Positions 8,864-19,564 of a stretch of DNA of 33,892 bases are shown piece by piece. The stretch covers positions 1 to 33,892 of the forward strand of contig NJBH01000038.1 of the NCBI GenBank assembly GCA_005223125.1. Reading direction: 5' to 3'. A program made the translations under genes and the position numbers. Each line of letters opens with the position of its first letter. The first letter of the stretch is position 1. The notes under the pieces were generated by a model. The model did not search any database and was not told where the DNA came from. It saw only the letters and a program-made list of their open reading frames with translations. The stretch is from Promethearchaeota archaeon Loki_b32. Its GTDB lineage: Archaea > Asgardarchaeota > Lokiarchaeia > Sigyniarchaeales > SOKP01.

Positions 8864-11374
8864 TTATGATTTAGCTTCCAATTCCTCAATCTCAGCTAAA
8901 ATTTTTTGTTTTTTCTCTTTCCATTCTTTTCTCATTTCAATTCCGCAAAAACACGTCTGAGTTGCACGAATCCCGCTATCCAATCTCTCACGAACTAATT
9001 CATAATTACCAAGCTCCTTATAACATCTTGCTAGTTGATAGTGCGAATTATATGTAAACCAACCTAATGGATCAAGCTCTAATGCTTTTTGAATGATTTT
9101 TACAGCCTCCTCATATTCGCCAAATTCCGTCAAAACCTCTCCAAAGGAGTCATGGAAATTTCCGTCGTTAGGATCAAGCTCAATTAATAGATTACCCACT
9201 TTTATTGCCTCTTCCTTCTCTCCTTTATATAAATGATAATAGAGCTTATTGTTCAGCACATCAAGATCCTTAGGATTTTTCTCCCATAATTCATCAACGA
9301 TTTCCAACCCTTTATCATAATTCTTCTTCTTTTTATATAGATACGCCTTATGTGTCATAAGCTTGGTCTCTTTCTCGGGAAAAAGTCTTATCCCCTCATC
9401 CACTAACTCCAAGGCTTCATCAATTTTCCCATCATCGTAAAAGATATTATACTTCATAAAGTGTACACCGAAATTTTCAGGGTCCCACACAAGAGCATCT
9501 TCAATTGCTTCAAGAGCTTCATCAAATTTCTTCAACTGCTTTAAAATCAAACTTTTGAAATAGAGATATTTTGCCTTTTTTTTCGCGTTCTCCTCTAATG
9601 AAATTGCATCATCAATATCAGTTAAAACGTGATCGATTTTTACCTTCTCAGCATCTACATTATAAATAATTTTATAACCCTGAATTAAAGCTCTCGTTAT
9701 ATAAGATAATGGATGATCTGGATAAAAATCACTCATCTTGTCACTTACTTCAAGAGCTTTATCAAATTCCGCCAAAGTTAGATAGTCATAGACCAATATA
9801 TAATTGTAAGGAATAAAAATTTCTTCATCTTTTTTATGTGGATGTTCCTTAAATTCCTTTTTTAGAAAACGAATAGCTTCTTGATGGCGATTTGAAACAC
9901 TTAATACAAGTGATTTCAGAAAAAGTAAATTCGTATTATTAGGCTCCGCCTTAACCTTATTGTCAATTTTTTTTAAGGCTGTGTCAAAATCCCTTTTCTT
10001 CATCATGCGTTTTGCGTCATTAAGCATTTTTTCAAGTTTAGGATTTGAGAATAAATCCAAGACTTTAAATACTGTAAAATTGATGTAATACTTGAATTGG
10101 GCTTGTTCCACCAAATCGTATCTTTTACCATATGATTGAAACACTTCAGGAATACCACGCCACGCCACACCTTCTAACTTGTCCAATGTATCCACTAACT
10201 TCCTTTCGGTTTCTATCCTATAAGCCAGATATTTAATGTATTCCGGAAGGAAATTTTTAAGCGATTTCTTCAGGGCTGAGTTAAATAATGAATCACAAAT
10301 CTCATCCAATATAGAATTAACTGTATAATTTAGACTCATCGTTGGAGTCCCATCTCGTGTGTTCTCATACAATTTATTCAGGTATGTAAATTTCGTGATA
10401 TGCTCTTCAGTTATCGCACTTAAAACCTTCTCAATCTTCTCATTCGCTTGAAAATAATAAATTTTTTTCTCATCAGTTCCCAAAATAAAAAACTTTGTTG
10501 AATAGGTGGGTTTTTCCACTATTTGACGAATATTAAATTTCAGATCTAATAAATTTAATTTATATTCCTTTGAAAAATCCTCAGGGGAAATATAAAATGG
10601 ATACTGATTGGGATGATTCATAGACAGAAATAACAACACTTTCTTAAAATCCTCTTCTGAGTCTAAAGAACCTCTTAAATTGGCGTAAGGCATCTTTAAT
10701 ACGTTGTTCAAAAACCGAAACTTAATATCTCCATCCTCTATATTATATTTTTCAAAAAATCTAATAGTATTTTTCGTAATCTCCTCAATTCGTTTGCTCT
10801 CCTCGTTCAGAATCGATTGTCTGTCTAAATCATATTTCTTTAGCATCCTTGAGTATTCTGATTTCCCCTTTTGGGTAATTTTATATTCTTTATTATCCTT
10901 TCTTACGAGCTCTCTCTTTTGCAGCTCATTTAGATTCTTTGATAAACTAGATTGATTAATTTTTAGAGGTTCATCTATAAAATCTGACCATTTACAAAAT
11001 GTATTGTTATACACCATCCAAAGTATCCAATGATCATAATTCCTCTCATTTACTATCGCTTTTGGGGGATAATTTAATTTTCGTTCTCCGACTTTTGCTT
11101 TGGACAATATATTGTATCGTTCCTCTCCTTTAGAAGTGATTTTATACACTCCCCTTTCCACTTTCTCTACATGTTCGTCTAACATTAACGATTTCAAATA
11201 ATAAGATAGTGTTGACTGAGGAATATTTACAGGTTCGTCCTTAAAATTTGACCATTCAACTTTTTCATTATTCTGTAACATCCAAAGTATAACGTGCTCG
11301 ATATTTACACGTTCAACCCCTGTTTGTCTAAAAATTTCCTCAGGCGGATAATTTATTTCTTGAGTTCGACTCAT
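8864..11374 (-). CDS. Tandem winged-helix + TPR repeat protein
   Basis: Two homologous N-terminal modules (NYPP..ILWM..NN..WS.F..EP..I.QS.LS..L..Y.IT.KG) and a C-terminal TPR array (ALELDP-type repeats). Confidence 0.85.
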   Translation of the reverse strand: MSRTQEINYPPEEIFRQTGVERVNIEHVILWMLQNNEKVEWSNFKDEPVNIPQSTLSYYLKSLMLDEHVEKVERGVYKITSKGEERYNILSKAKVGERKLNYPPKAIVNERNYDHWILWMVYNNTFCKWSDFIDEPLKINQSSLSKNLNELQKRELVRKDNKEYKITQKGKSEYSRMLKKYDLDRQSILNEESKRIEEITKNTIRFFEKYNIEDGDIKFRFLNNVLKMPYANLRGSLDSEEDFKKVLLFLSMNHPNQYPFYISPEDFSKEYKLNLLDLKFNIRQIVEKPTYSTKFFILGTDEKKIYYFQANEKIEKVLSAITEEHITKFTYLNKLYENTRDGTPTMSLNYTVNSILDEICDSLFNSALKKSLKNFLPEYIKYLAYRIETERKLVDTLDKLEGVAWRGIPEVFQSYGKRYDLVEQAQFKYYINFTVFKVLDLFSNPKLEKMLNDAKRMMKKRDFDTALKKIDNKVKAEPNNTNLLFLKSLVLSVSNRHQEAIRFLKKEFKEHPHKKDEEIFIPYNYILVYDYLTLAEFDKALEVSDKMSDFYPDHPLSYITRALIQGYKIIYNVDAEKVKIDHVLTDIDDAISLEENAKKKAKYLYFKSLILKQLKKFDEALEAIEDALVWDPENFGVHFMKYNIFYDDGKIDEALELVDEGIRLFPEKETKLMTHKAYLYKKKKNYDKGLEIVDELWEKNPKDLDVLNNKLYYHLYKGEKEEAIKVGNLLIELDPNDGNFHDSFGEVLTEFGEYEEAVKIIQKALELDPLGWFTYNSHYQLARCYKELGNYELVRERLDSGIRATQTCFCGIEMRKEWKEKKQKILAEIEELEAKS

Positions 11375-11436
11375 AAAATTTACACCAAAGTACTCTAATT
11401 AATATATGACAAAAGTCTTATTTATAGTTTTTTTTC

Positions 11437-11503
11437 TGAACTTAATATGAACTATGAACATTTATATGAACTATGAAATTGTACTCCGCAGTATGAACTG
11501 AAC
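11437..11503. promoter_or_regulatory. Clustered TGAACT(AT) direct repeats upstream of the wHTH-TPR gene
   Basis: ATATGAACTATGAA at 11445-11458 and 11464-11477, with partial copies at 11437 and 11492-11503. Confidence 0.5.
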
Positions 11504-12069
11504 CGGAAACTTTAAAATTAGAATAGGATCTTCAGCGTTCTTATTGGCATAAAACTAGGAAGGAGTAATGTATCCCTTTCTATTCAGGGCTATTATATTT
11601 TTTTCATAAATATAGAGCCGGTGCGCCTTATAGAGCTGAAACACAGATGTATAGAAAATATAAAAAAGAATTCACCAAATTAAACTCAAGGAACTCTTAC
11701 AACAATAAAACAGATCGCCTTATCGCATTGGGGGTGTTCTTAGAAGCCAAGAGAAGAAACCTCCCATTTACTCGCCACTAATGAAAAAACTAAAATGTTG
11801 TTAAGGTAATGGTAAAAATATTTTCACCAATATAATAATTTAATGATGTAGAATAAAATAAAGGTAGAATTTTTATAAGATTGAGGAAATTTATTTTTAA
11901 TTTTCTAATCCAATAAGTATAAATAATGCTTCTTTTTTTACAATTTCAAATAATAATCTTTATTCCACAAAAATGAGTGATTTTAATAATAAGAAATCTC
12001 AAATTATATTAAAAAAATTATAGGATTTTTAATACATTTTTTTTATGTTATTTTATCGATTCTAATAGG

Positions 12070-13185
12070 ATGGACTCTGATTTTAATATATCAAGGATAA
12101 AAAAAAGTGATATCTCTATGAAATTACTAAACTTAAAGACAAAATACATTTTATTAATTGTCTTACTTTATGAGACCATATATATTCTAACTCATTTGAT
12201 TTTATTCCCTATTTCGGAAGCGTTCTATATTACAGAAATAACTGCTAATATTTATGAAGAATTATTTGGCTGGGAATGGATATCCAATTTCATAAATTAT
12301 GGAATTTTTATGTGGCCATTATACGTGTTTTGTGCCTTATTTTTCTCAAAAAAAGTTAGAGAAGAGACGATTAAACTTAAAGATTATTTAGAAAATAAGG
12401 TAGATAATAAAAAATTTTCCAAATGGAACGAACAGCAATATCATAAATGGACCGACATAATAACTGGAAAATTTGGAGTAATCGCGTTCTTTATAGGTTA
12501 TTTTTCATCCACTACCATTATTTTTATATATTTTTTTCCTAGTAGAATATTCAGTTTTCAATATCTTATATACCATATTATAATAACTTATATGGTACAA
12601 GGAATAGCGTTTGGTTGTGTCTTTTGGGTTATTTTCTTAAGTTTTGGAACAACCAAAATAATTTCTGATTTTTGTAAAGCTAATTTAACAGTAAATCCTT
12701 TTGATAACGATAAAGTAGGTGGCCTTAAGCCATTAGGAAATTTTGCTCTTTTGAATGCTACGAATTTATCTCTACAAGCAGCTCTTATCATTATATTCTG
12801 GATTTTCAATAATCTAGCAGGTTTTTCTGACATAATTACCATAATTGATACTTACATTTTTATTATATTGGGAATTTTAGCTAGCTTTATAATTTTCTAT
12901 TATCCCATCAAAAATATTCATATTACTTTAATAAAATTGAAGACTGAAGAAACTAAAAAAGTTCAACGCTCATATTATGATTATTACTCAAGTTTAGACA
13001 GTGTAAGTGGAGAAGAAAGATCAAAAGTTCTTTTAAATTTATTAGCACTTCAATCTGTGAAAAATGAATTAAATCAATTCAGAGATTATCCATGGGACAC
13101 TAAGATTTTTATTAAACTTTTTTCTACATACCTTATTCCAATAGTAGTTTTCATCTTAAGCCAAATTTACGGATTAAACCTATAA
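12070..13185 (+). CDS. Multi-pass membrane protein, unknown function
   Basis: About seven hydrophobic segments, with a PFDNDKVGGLKPLG loop. Confidence 0.8.
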   Translation: MDSDFNISRIKKSDISMKLLNLKTKYILLIVLLYETIYILTHLILFPISEAFYITEITANIYEELFGWEWISNFINYGIFMWPLYVFCALFFSKKVREETIKLKDYLENKVDNKKFSKWNEQQYHKWTDIITGKFGVIAFFIGYFSSTTIIFIYFFPSRIFSFQYLIYHIIITYMVQGIAFGCVFWVIFLSFGTTKIISDFCKANLTVNPFDNDKVGGLKPLGNFALLNATNLSLQAALIIIFWIFNNLAGFSDIITIIDTYIFIILGILASFIIFYYPIKNIHITLIKLKTEETKKVQRSYYDYYSSLDSVSGEERSKVLLNLLALQSVKNELNQFRDYPWDTKIFIKLFSTYLIPIVVFILSQIYGLNL

Positions 13186-13437
13186 AGTTACGTAAATATT
13201 ATTGAAGAATTTTTTGCACACAAAAATTATTCTTTATGGAAAAATTCCAAAGATGGAAAATTTTTAAAGAGTCAATAATATCTTTCCTAAATATTTTAAA
13301 CTGTCTTTTGCGAAATAAAAAGGAAGGTCAAAGTGAATCTAAATTCTTTCTTTCTTTTTTTATAAAATTCTCTTGGTTAAAGATTGCCTCTGAAATTACT
13401 GTCATCATTTAGCCTCTCGTTAATATGAGTGCCTTGA

Positions 13438-13590
13438 TTATTTCATTTTTTTGAAAAGTTCAGTATATTCTACACAATTTTTACACTCAGGAAGTTTGCA
13501 TAGAAATTCCTTTTTTTCCAATACACAGCAATAACTAAATGGACAGCTAGACAAATCCAACCCGGAAATATTATCTACTTCACTTGTCAT
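13438..13590 (-). CDS. Small Cys-rich protein (50 aa), not in ORF track
   Basis: Hand translation MTSEVDNISGLDLSSCPFSYCCVLEKKEFLCKLPECKNCVEYTELFKKMK*, with six Cys. Confidence 0.6.
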   Translation of the reverse strand: MTSEVDNISGLDLSSCPFSYCCVLEKKEFLCKLPECKNCVEYTELFKKMK

Positions 13591-13824
13591 TAGTATACAC
13601 TTTTACCTGGAGTTTTTAAATAAAAAATCAAAACTTCAAAATCTTAAAGATCTGGAGTCTAGAAAAATTATAAATTCCCTTTAGAAAACTCCCCTTTTAA
13701 GTATGTTTTAATAGCATTTTGAGGATTAGCAAAATAGGAATATAGTTGAGAAAATTGCGTGGGTTTTTTTCTACATAAACAACAGTTAATATTCCTTGAT
13801 AGAATGTTATCAAATGAGGTATAG

Positions 13825-14094
13825 ATGAGAAAAATGTGTGATGAGATAGTGTGCATTGAAAATATTGCGGACCTCCAAGCAACATATTCAGTGCTAGATC
13901 TAAAATTATCAATGCTTATTGAAGAAATTGATAGAGAATGTAAACAAGGAATGATTGATATTCTTCATTTTAAAATACTATTATATGCTTTAAGGGATGT
14001 TCCATTTAAGGATGAAGGAAAAGCTCATCGGCTTCTTACCGCCTTAGTGGAATATTTTGAAAATGAGTTGTTTGGGAGATCTAAAGAATTTTAG
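13825..14094 (+). CDS. Small helical hypothetical protein
   Basis: GAGGT RBS before ATG. Protein-like amphipathic composition. Confidence 0.65.
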   Translation: MRKMCDEIVCIENIADLQATYSVLDLKLSMLIEEIDRECKQGMIDILHFKILLYALRDVPFKDEGKAHRLLTALVEYFENELFGRSKEF

Positions 14095-14182
14095 ACTCTT
14101 ATTGTATAGATAATTTTTCCTGTACCATTTTACAATACTATGGAATAAAGATATAGTTTTATTCGTTTTATATTATCCTTTC

Positions 14183-15322
14183 TCATTCATTTTTTCCCAT
14201 TTTCTCAAGCTTTCTTTTCTTGAATTTTTTAACAATTAAAATGCTAATGGCCAAAAGAACTGGTATCCCTATACTTAATGCTATAACCAAAACAACTCTT
14301 CCTATAAAAAAAGTCGGGATCTTTGTTATAGTTGAATGTAAAGGTGCTTCTAAAGGATACATATCCACGGTATTCGCAGAACCACCTATGTTATATGGTA
14401 AAATTCCCAACCAATCTGACCAATAATTTCCTTCTTTTAAGCTTTCATTATACCATCTATTATGGCTTCCAACATCTTTTGCTTGACTTTGTCCATTTGG
14501 ATTGTTATTTACAAAAGAATTATGATACACTAGATTTTGACGAGTAAAACTTTGTTCCATAAAAGCTGAAAGGATTAAAGCATAAGAGGTATTGTTTTCA
14601 AATAAATTATTTCTAATCACACAATTTAGGGAGGCGAATTCTTCATTTGTGCTATCTAAAAAAAACCCGATCACATTATTACGAATGATATTATTTTTAA
14701 ATAATGTGTTTCTTGAATTAGTTATCCACATTCCATCATAATTTTTTATAATATGATTATTAATTATTTTTGAAAATGGTACATTATTTTCGACTCTTAT
14801 ACCAACATGATTTTTCGTGAGAGTATTGTTTTCAATAAGAGAATACGGAGAATCATTAATGTTAATTCCGTCATAGGAATCGGTACACGTATTATTTAAT
14901 ATTTTTATGCGAGGAGAAATTGCTACAAATATACCCAATTCTCCTCCGATACAAGTATTATTAGTAATAATTATCGTATCAGGACCGGTATTGAAAATTC
15001 TTATAGCTCCGAAAAGAGCATTAACATTATTATTTTGTATTAAAATGTATTTCGTAATATTTTGAACTACAATTCCATAATTATTAGAAGTGATTATATT
15101 TAGATACTCTATTCGATATGGATCTTCTTCCGTTCCTGATCCAGAAAAATTATAAGAAAGAAGGTCATTATTATCATATATTTCAATAGGAGGGTCAATT
15201 TTATTAGATATATATAATGTCTCACTACTCTTACTTTCCTCAATGTAATTGATGGATAAACCAACCCAAATAGAAGATAATATTAGACCTATAGTTAGTA
15301 AAGAAAATGCTATTTTTCTCAT
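14183..15322 (-). CDS. Membrane-anchored right-handed beta-helix (NosD/CASH-like) protein
   Basis: Signal peptide, GSGTEEDPYRIE, repeated I.NN...N..GI strands, GNYWSDW, and a C-terminal TM with a basic tail. Confidence 0.88.
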   Translation of the reverse strand: MRKIAFSLLTIGLILSSIWVGLSINYIEESKSSETLYISNKIDPPIEIYDNNDLLSYNFSGSGTEEDPYRIEYLNIITSNNYGIVVQNITKYILIQNNNVNALFGAIRIFNTGPDTIIITNNTCIGGELGIFVAISPRIKILNNTCTDSYDGININDSPYSLIENNTLTKNHVGIRVENNVPFSKIINNHIIKNYDGMWITNSRNTLFKNNIIRNNVIGFFLDSTNEEFASLNCVIRNNLFENNTSYALILSAFMEQSFTRQNLVYHNSFVNNNPNGQSQAKDVGSHNRWYNESLKEGNYWSDWLGILPYNIGGSANTVDMYPLEAPLHSTITKIPTFFIGRVVLVIALSIGIPVLLAISILIVKKFKKRKLEKMGKNE

Positions 15323-15526
15323 TCAGATTTCATTTTTAGATAGGTAAAACTAAAATATTTAAGGAATGGTGGTATTTAAATCTTTTTGAGCGGTCTATGA
15401 AATATGTCGCTATTTCCAGAATTTTCAGGGATTTAAACCTTCTATCTAAACTTTAAAATGAACTGTTAAAGTATAAGATGTTCAAACCTTATACCTCAAT
15501 TTTTTTTCCTTGTCTTCTGTCAAAGG

Positions 15527-16288
15527 TTAGATGCTTTCCATGGATTAGGTTCTCCTGATATAACAATCAATGGAATAACAAATGATATGGGTAATAAAAT
15601 ATTAAAAAATCATTGTAATACCTTTAGAAAAATGATAAATAGTTCAAAAATTCAAAAAGCAACTAATCATATTGCAAAATTACCTACTAAAGGGTCAAAT
15701 AAGATTATTGATCTTATACCTCAAGGAAAAGCTTATCGAAGCAATCGACTTGGGGAAAAATTTATCGGTATTTAGAAAATAGCTGAATTATTTAAAGAAA
15801 AATTTAAAAAAGAATTATTATCAATACAAGAACAGAAATTAATGAAAGATATTGCACATATGAGAGTTAATCCCGAAGTAAAAACTCGAAAAGGTGAAAA
15901 TCAAGAAGGATATGTGCCTATCTTATATTTAAAAGAGTTTTCAAGGGATCTAATTCAGAACCTAGTAGATAATGATTGGCTTAAATATGATAAATCAAGA
16001 AGTGCAGTTGACTTTACTGCTAAGGCAGGCCATTGGAGAAGGTATTATCGTTTAGATTCATCAATGATTTCACCAACATTATTAACAGAATTTGCAAATG
16101 CAAGAATGTTTATACATCCATTCGAAAATAGGGGATTATCATTAAGAGAAGGTGCTAGATTGCAAACTTTTCCAGATGATTTTACTTTCTATGGGAGTTT
16201 TACATCTATATCACGGCAAATTGGAAATGCAGTGCCACCTTTACTTGCAAAATCCATAGCAAATCATATACTCAAGATCTTAGAATAA
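15527..16288 (+). pseudogene. 5'-truncated DNA (cytosine-5) methyltransferase with internal stop
   Basis: C-terminal motifs IX/X (IHPFENRGLSLREGARLQTFPDDF; RQIGNAVPPLLA). ORFs 15587-15775 and 15842-16288 share a frame separated by one TAG (15773-15775). Motifs I-VIII (FxGxG, PCQ, ENV) are absent. Confidence 0.88.
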
Positions 16289-16830
16289 ATTAACCCATTA
16301 TAAAATGTGAAAAACCATAGATCAGTATCAAAGGATATTGAAGTCTGAATCCTAATGAATTGTGACTTATTCTATTTAAAATTATACCTCTATTAATATT
16401 TTGAAATATTATTTTTATAAAATATGTATATAAGAATAACCATTACTAGATTTATTAGAAAGAAGTGATTATATTTATATATGCCACTAAGCAATATATT
16501 TCCAAATTCAGTTAAGACGTCTGGAGTTAAATCACTTCTTTCCAACCATTATATATTATTCCTTCAAGAACGAGTAAAATTCATTTAAAATTTCTTACTT
16601 AATTTTAGACTTGATTTAATAATATTCCATTGTAGGTATGGGAAGCTGAAAAAATCACTTGATATCCAAATCCATTACATTTTGATATTATAGACTCAGA
16701 TAAATTAACTCAAATAAATTTTTAATATCTAATTTTTATTAATTAGTCGATAATTTTTATCTAAATTTTTAAGATAGATCATTTTGAACCTCAAATCTTT
16801 TTCATAAGGCAGTTGAAAAATAGTGATTAA

Positions 16831-17205
16831 ATGAAGGTTAATAAGATACCGATTAGACCTGATAAAATAGGAATAGATTTAGTATTGTGTCCAAAAACAA
16901 ACTTATATTTACAAGATTTATTTTGCCGTAGGTGTGCGTATTTTGAATTCGATAATGAAAAATATATTGAGTGTAGCTTTACTGGACATAGATATGGTAA
17001 GCCAGATCCCGTTAAAGATAGATTAATTAAGGATCTTTCTGATGCATTTATTAGAAAACTTCCAATAAAAGATAAAAAAAGTCCAATGACTAATTTTACA
17101 GAAAGGTTAAAAGAGCCTAAATCACCAAAAACTAAAGAAGAATTATTAATGGAAGACCTTTCTCAACATTTAAAAAAAAAGGCTAAGAATCTCCATAATA
17201 ATTAA
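16831..17205 (+). CDS. Hypothetical protein with 4-Cys motif
   Basis: CPK..FCRRC..EC in the N-terminal half, followed by two similar L(I/M).DLS..(F/L).(R/K)K helices. Confidence 0.7.
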   Translation: MKVNKIPIRPDKIGIDLVLCPKTNLYLQDLFCRRCAYFEFDNEKYIECSFTGHRYGKPDPVKDRLIKDLSDAFIRKLPIKDKKSPMTNFTERLKEPKSPKTKEELLMEDLSQHLKKKAKNLHNN

Positions 17206-17502
17206 AGGAAAGACCAGATATTTAACATTTGTAAGATTAAGAATTTTTGCACTTATTGAAGTTGAAAAAATCATGTCCGAAGGATTGAGTTTGTTACATC
17301 TTTAACTATTGTAAAGAGCTTTATGTATAGTAGGTACTCTTAAGTATTGAACTCGTTAAAAATTCAAAAATCTGTTCAACATTTTCTTTGATAAATAATC
17401 CTTTTAGGTGATACATCTTTATCCCTCAATAAGTTGAGCAGTTCATTTGTTTATGACGGAAAAAAATCGAATAATATAGAAATAAAATTAAATAAAAAAA
17501 AT

Positions 17503-18470
17503 TTAACGTGTTTTCCTATATAAAATGAAAATAACACTGATTAAACTAATTAGACCTAAGAAAAGCAATGGATAACTATGTATCACAGATTCACCATCAC
17601 CAACTTCATCTGTTTCATGGGTTATCCAAATGTTATTACCTGAGTTCCAGGTTTTTAAAATTACTGTCCCTTCTAATGCAACTAATTCAAAACTCAGATT
17701 TGGCCACGTTGCTAGTGTATAATCTTTTCCATCTCCAAAGAACCATGAAATCGCCCATCCTGTATCGTATCCTATAATCCAACCCACCTGGAAATTAATG
17801 TTATAATTAAAATTTGTAAGCTCAAGTGAAAGTGAATCGCCGTAACTTAAATCGGGAATTTCTAAATTGATATTAAAGTTCTTAGTTGCTGAATCCCAAT
17901 TTAAATTATTTATTGAATTTCCTAATTTGATATCTCCCAACATATAGCCAGTAATTATTGGATTAATTTTAAAGTATATGTCATCAAAGAATATATCTAT
18001 TAACCAACCTAATGATGGGAATGCCCATTTAAGAATTTCATCGATGTGGAGAGTGATATTACAGTTTAACATTTCACCAAGTATCTGAGGTGTAATAGCT
18101 GTCTCAATAGATAGCATTCCATCAAGTATATCCCATGAGAATAATGATGTTTCACCGAATTTCAATACATCACATAATAATTGAACAACAGGGTCTGAGA
18201 AATCAATTACAATTCTATTTTCAAAAATTGTTTCAAAATGGTACTCAGAGAAGAATATTTTGTAGTCAGCTGAAATATTAAAAAAATAATCTATGGTAAG
18301 AACAGCTGCAGAGAGATCTATAATGGTTCCCAGCAAACCATTTAGATTATCTCCGGGTATTAAGGTGTCGGGAAGATCAATGCTCGTTTTTAGAGGAATT
18401 TCCAAAGTTATTTCAACATTTCTCTCAACTTTTATAAGTCCTCCTTCTGCTTCGATACTACCTTGAATAT
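17503..18470 (-). pseudogene. 5'-truncated surface protein with Loki-CTERM-like sorting tail
   Basis: Beta-rich sequence ending VIHSYPLLFLGLISLISVIFILYRKTR. The frame stays open upstream of TTG18405 to ~18513 with no ATG or signal peptide, running into the integrase remnant. Confidence 0.6.
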
Positions 18471-18633
18471 AAGATATAAATATGCTACTGAATTGTATAA
18501 GAATGGCTATTCTTCAAAGCAAATTGCCGAAATGCTAGGGATTCAAGAACAAACCCTAAAGCATTACATCCAAGAAAAGCAAATCGTTCAAATCCAAGAT
18601 ACGAGAGAAATCCCTAATTTAGTTCTAATTTAA
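18469..18633 (+). pseudogene. C-terminal remnant of a tyrosine recombinase/integrase
   Basis: IRYKYATELYKNGYSSKQIAEMLGIQEQTLKHY matches the box II pattern LRHxxATxLxxxGxxxxxIxxxLGHxxxxTxxY. No start codon or N-terminal part. Confidence 0.55.
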
Positions 18634-18868
18634 ATTCTTTTTTTTATTACTTTTTATTAAAATTTTTTATTTTTTTCAATTATTTTTATGAATGCTAAGA
18701 TTATAAGTAATCTTCGTTTTTCGGCAATTTTATGTCGCTAATTAATCGATCTTTTTGTCAATATTTAACTATTTACTAAATCAGAAAATTATTACCGTGT
18801 AATGATATTTCTGAGAGAGGTCATTGGAAGTAAATTGGAAAAATCAAAGATTTTATCGGTTTAATTAC

Positions 18869-18957
18869 TTTTGATTCTCTTTTTTTCGCTTTTTCTACAA
18901 AAATTAGTTAAAATTGATCATTTTGGACATCAAAGTAAAGATTTAAATTTTTTGTCG
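18869..18957 (+). repeat. ~90-bp intergenic direct repeat, copy 1
   Basis: Aligns with 21061-21147. 30-bp identical core ctttttctacaaaaattagttaaaattgat at 18889-18918. Confidence 0.9.
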
Positions 18958-19051
18958 TTAAAATAAGGATATATGAGATAAGATCAAATTCAGAAATATA
19001 CTATTTATTTTATTTCATATTTGAAAAGATTCAATAATAAGGTGTTAAAAA

Positions 19052-19222
19052 ATATCTCAAGAAAAAAATCGTTTAAAAGTAAAAGTTAAAGATATTGAAA
19101 TAGAAATTGAGGGAACTGAATCGTTCATTAATGATAAAATTAAGGAAAGTAAAGCGATTGCTGTTCTCTTAACGGGCTTTTCAAAAGACTTATCCCAAAA
19201 ACAGCAAGAAGACAATAAATAA
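19052..19222 (+). CDS. Small hypothetical protein (56 aa), apparent ATA start
   Basis: AGGTG at 19040-19044, ATA19052, then SQEKNRLKVKVKDIEIEIEGTESFINDKIKE...DNK*. Confidence 0.5.
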   Translation: MSQEKNRLKVKVKDIEIEIEGTESFINDKIKESKAIAVLLTGFSKDLSQKQQEDNK

Positions 19223-19564
19223 TCCTCTTTTTACTTTTTCTTTTTTACTTAACTAAGAAAAAGGAAGTATTGGAAGTAAAAAGAAATATATTGATTGCAA
19301 AAGGATTAAAATATTTTGGGTTCGTTATGATTAATAATGGAGATTGGAAGTTCGATTTTAACAAAAGAGAACATATTAAAACCATAGAAAGTTTCATTCT
19401 GGAGGTTTATTTTATTAAATCAAACTAAAACTTCACATTTTATTTTTTTTTATAATATCCAAGATTTTCTTTCAATTCAACATTAATAGTACTTTGGTAT
19501 AATGTTATACTAAATTTAAATTAAAGATTTTTCCTTTTATTAAAATAAAGATAGATATTAAATT

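Noticed and set aside
11437-11503. Possible mini-CRISPR or IS3-type end (TGAACTGAACCGG)
   Set aside because: Repeats are 14 bp with 5-bp gaps, too short for CRISPR. No transposase or partner inverted repeat was found.
15773-15775. In-frame TAG as possible pyrrolysine/readthrough codon
   Set aside because: The gene also lacks its catalytic half, TAG ends intact genes in this window (e.g. 982, 21013, 31353), and no pyl genes are present.
16461-16539. 10-bp inverted repeat AGAAGTGATT...AATCACTTCT (possible MITE)
   Set aside because: Short, single copy in the window, with no target-site duplication seen.
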